Assembly (NCBI RefSeq): GCF_009914755.1
Contig: NC_060925.1
Strand: one strand, 5' to 3'
Length of the DNA: 64,000 bases
Source: the human T2T-CHM13v2.0 reference genome, Homo sapiens
Part shown: positions 60,401 to 64,000 of the stretch, piece by piece
How the letters are laid out: the number at the start of each line of letters is the position of its first letter
Numbering within the stretch: position 1 is the stretch's first letter
The notes under the pieces: model-generated
What the model saw: only the letters and a program-made list of their open reading frames with translations
Database searches by the model: none
Told to the model about the DNA's origin: nothing
Translations under genes and position numbers: made by a program

Positions 60401-63400
60401 TTCCATTCCACTCCACTACACTCCACTCCATTCCACTACACTCCACTCCATTCCACTCCATTCCCTTCCATTCCATTTGATTCCACTCTATTCCATTCTG
60501 TTCCACTCCATTCCTTTCCACTCTATTTCGCTCCACTCCACTCCATTACACTCCTCTCCACTCCATTCCACTCCACTCCGATCCACTCCAATCCCCTCCA
60601 CACCATGGCACTCCATTCCACTCCATTCCACTCAACTCCTCTCCAATACATTACACTCCTCTCCACTCCATTCCACTGTAGTCCACTCCAAACCACTCCA
60701 ATCCACTCCATTCCTCTCCACTGCATTCCATTCCACTCCACTCCACTCTATTCAACTCCAGTCCACTCCAACCCATTCCTCTCCACTCCATTCCACTCCA
60801 CTCCATTCCACTCCACTCAACTCCATTACACTCCACTCCATTCAACTCTACTCCATTCCATTCCATTCCATTCCAATCCATTCAAATCCACTCCATTCGA
60901 TTCCATTCCTTTCTAGTCCATTCCAGCCCACTCTATTCCATTCCATTCCCCTCCACTCCATTCCAGTCTATTCCACTCCATTCTATTTAACACCACTCCA
61001 CAACACTCCAGTACTCTCCACTCCACTACACTGCACTCCGTTCCATTCCATTCCATTCAACTCCATTTCATTACATTACATTCCACTCAACTGACTTCAT
61101 TCCACTCCAGTACATTACATTCCACTCCACTCCATTCCATTTCACTCCATTCCATTCCACTCAGTTAAACTCCATTCTATTCCACTCCACTCCACTCCAT
61201 TCCATTCCACTCCACTCCATTCAATTCCACTCCATTCCACACCACTACATTCCATTCTATTCCATTCCGTTGCATTCCACTCCTTTCCTTTCCATTCCAT
61301 TCCATCCACTCCACTCCATTCCACTCCATTACATTCCATTCCACTCCATTCCATGTCACTCTACTCCATTCCATGCCATTCCATTTCATGCCACACCACT
61401 CCACTCCACTCCAGTCCACTCCATTACACTCCACTTCTTTCTACTGCACTCCACTCCACTTCATTCCACTCCTCTCCACTGCTTTCCACTCCACTAAAAT
61501 CCATCCCACTCCAATCCACTCCATTCCACTCCACTCCATTACATTACTTTCCACTCCATTCCTTTCAACTCCTCTCCACTCCACTCCATTCCATTCCACT
61601 CCACTCCACTCCATTGCATTCCACTGCACTCCACTCCATTCCACTACACTCCATTCCACTACACTCCATTCCACTCTGCTCCACTCCACTCTAGTCAATT
61701 CCAATCCACTCCAATCCTTTCCGTCCCTCTCCACTCCACTCCATTCAACTATACACCATTCTACTCCATGCCACTCCACTCCCTTCCATTCCAATCCATT
61801 CCATTCCATCCCACTGCATTCCATTCCATTCCAATCTATTCAACTCCACTCCACTCCGTGCCATTCCAGTCCAATCAATTCCATTGCATTCCAATCTACT
61901 CTCTTACATTCCACACCTCTACACTCCATTCCACTCCTTGCCACTCCATTCATTTCCATTCCACAGCATTCCATTCCAATCCACTCCATTCCACTCCTTT
62001 CCACTCCATTCCATTCCACTCCATTCCACGCCACTCTAATCCATTTCACTCCACTCCACTCCATTCCAATCCAATCCACTCCACTGCACTCTACTCCATT
62101 CCATTCCATTCCAATCCAATCCATTCCACTCCATTCCAACCCTTTCCATCCCACTCCCTTCCTTTCTATTCCACTCCACTCTATTCCACTGCAGTCCACT
62201 CCACTCCACTCCACTCCACTCTATTCTTCTCCTATCCACTCCACTACACACCACTCCATTCCATTCCAATCCATTCCATTCCACTCTATTCCAATCCAAT
62301 CCACTCCATTCCATTCCACTCCATTCTATTCCTTTTCACTCGACTCCTGTCCATTCCACAGCACTCCACTCCACACCAGTCCTTTCCACTCCACTACACT
62401 CCATTCCTTTCCCCTCCTCTCTATTCCACTCCATTCCACTCCACTTCACTCCACTCCATTCCATTCCATCCCAGGCCATTTCGTTCCATTCCACTCTATT
62501 CCATTCCACCCCATTCCACTCGAATCCATTACATTCTTCTCGACACCACTCCAATCCACTCCACTCCTCTCCATTGCGTTCCGTTCCACTCCACTCCACT
62601 CCAATCCACTCCACTCCATTCCATTCCATTCCATTCCATTCCACTCCACTCCATTCCATTCCATTCCATTCCACTCCATTCCGTACCATTACACTCCAAT
62701 CAATTACACTCCACTCCATTGAACTCCACAACATTCCATTCCATTCCTGTCCATTCCATTCCACTCTAACCCATTCCGTTCCACTCCACTCAATTCCACT
62801 CCATTCCATTCCACTCCACTCCACACCACTCCACTCCAGTCCACTCCATTCCATTCCACTCCTTTCCATTCCATTCCACTCCACTTCACTCCACTCCATT
62901 CCACTCCATTGCACTCCATTCCATTCCATTCCACTCCATTCCATTCCACTCCACTCCATTCCACTCCTTTCCACTACATTATATTATATTCCACTCCACT
63001 CCACTCCATTCCACCCCATTCCACTCCATTGCACTCCTTTCCATTCCATTCCACTCCATTCCATTCCACTCCACTCCATTCCACTCCATTCCACTCCATT
63101 CTATTTAACCCCACTCCACAACTCTCCACTAGTCTCCACTCCACTCCACTCCATTCCATTCAACTCCATTTCATTTCATTCCACTCCACTCAACTCCACT
63201 CCATTCCACTGCGGGCCATTACTTTCCACTCAACTCCATTTCATTTTGCTCCACTCGATTCCACTCCATTAAACTCCATTCCATTCCAGTTCACTCCACT
63301 CCTCTGCATTGCATTCCACTCCACTCCATTCAATTCTACTCCATTCCACACCACTCCATTCCATTCTATTCCTTTCCGTTCCATTGCACTGCATTCCTTT

Positions 63401-64000
63401 CCATTCCATTCCACTTCTTTACACTCCATTCCACTTCACTCAACTCCTTTCTAATCCAGTTCACTCCATTCCATTCCCTTCTATTGCTTTCCCTTCCATT
63501 CCATTCCATTCCATTCCACTCCACTCCATTCCATTCCACTCCACTGCACTCCATTCCACTCCACTCCACTCCATTCTGCTCCACTCCACTCGACTCCACT
63601 CTATTTCACTCCTCTCCACTCCATTCTTCCTACTCCACTCCATTCCACTCCAATCTACTCCATTCCACTCCACTCCATTCCATTTCACTCCACTCCACTC
63701 CATTCAACTCCACTCTACTACTTTCCATTCCACTCCACTCCATTCCATTCCACTCCACTTCTTTCTACTGCATTCCTCTCTAATCCAATCCATTCCACTC
63801 CTCTCCATTCCATTCCACTCCACGAAAATCCCTTCCACTCCAATCCACTCCATTGCACTCCACTCCATTACATTCAACTCCACTCCACTCCTTTCAACTC
63901 CACTCCACTAAATTCCATTCCACTCCACTCCACTCCATTCCACTGCACTCCACTCTATTCCATTACACTCCATTCCACTCTGCTCCACTCCACTGTAGTC

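Larger units (their letters stand above)
41857..64000 (+). repeat. Human satellite 3 array, diverged (CATTC/CACTC)n, C-rich strand on +, continuing past the window end
   Basis: 22 kb of pentamers CATTC and CACTC with variants (CAATC, CTTTC, TATTC). Single orientation, few CpGs, and no regular HSat2-type CATTCGATTC/GATG pattern. Confidence 0.97.

Overview
Great-ape (most likely human) pericentromeric or acrocentric-type DNA. Bases 1 to ~41,850 are AT-rich and dense in transposon fossils, with no recognisable host protein-coding gene. They include old L1M, L2, MIR, MLT1, Tigger/MER and ERV LTR remnants, six Alus, one full-length but disrupted L1PA4 (18,963-25,085, minus) and three 5'-truncated L1PA copies. 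At ~41,510-41,857 this flank is joined through a 346-bp internal L1 ORF2 fragment to a diverged, CACTC-rich human satellite 3 (CATTC)n array that runs to the window end. Main observations: (1) two inverted L1PA4 copies ~15.5 kb apart share a ~640-bp, ~99.5%-identical tract with private frameshifts while one keeps its TSD, pointing to gene conversion; (2) a short candidate 3' transduction on that L1; (3) a 148-bp templated insertion inside an LTR; (4) two Alu 3'-end fragments at the satellite edge whose A-tail position is occupied by GGAAT repeats; (5) an irregular nested higher-order structure in the satellite. The long HSIPF/MEWNG ORFs are satellite artefacts. I found no evidence of a new protein-coding system. 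Repeat subfamily calls rest on remembered consensus sequences and mismatch counts were done by eye.
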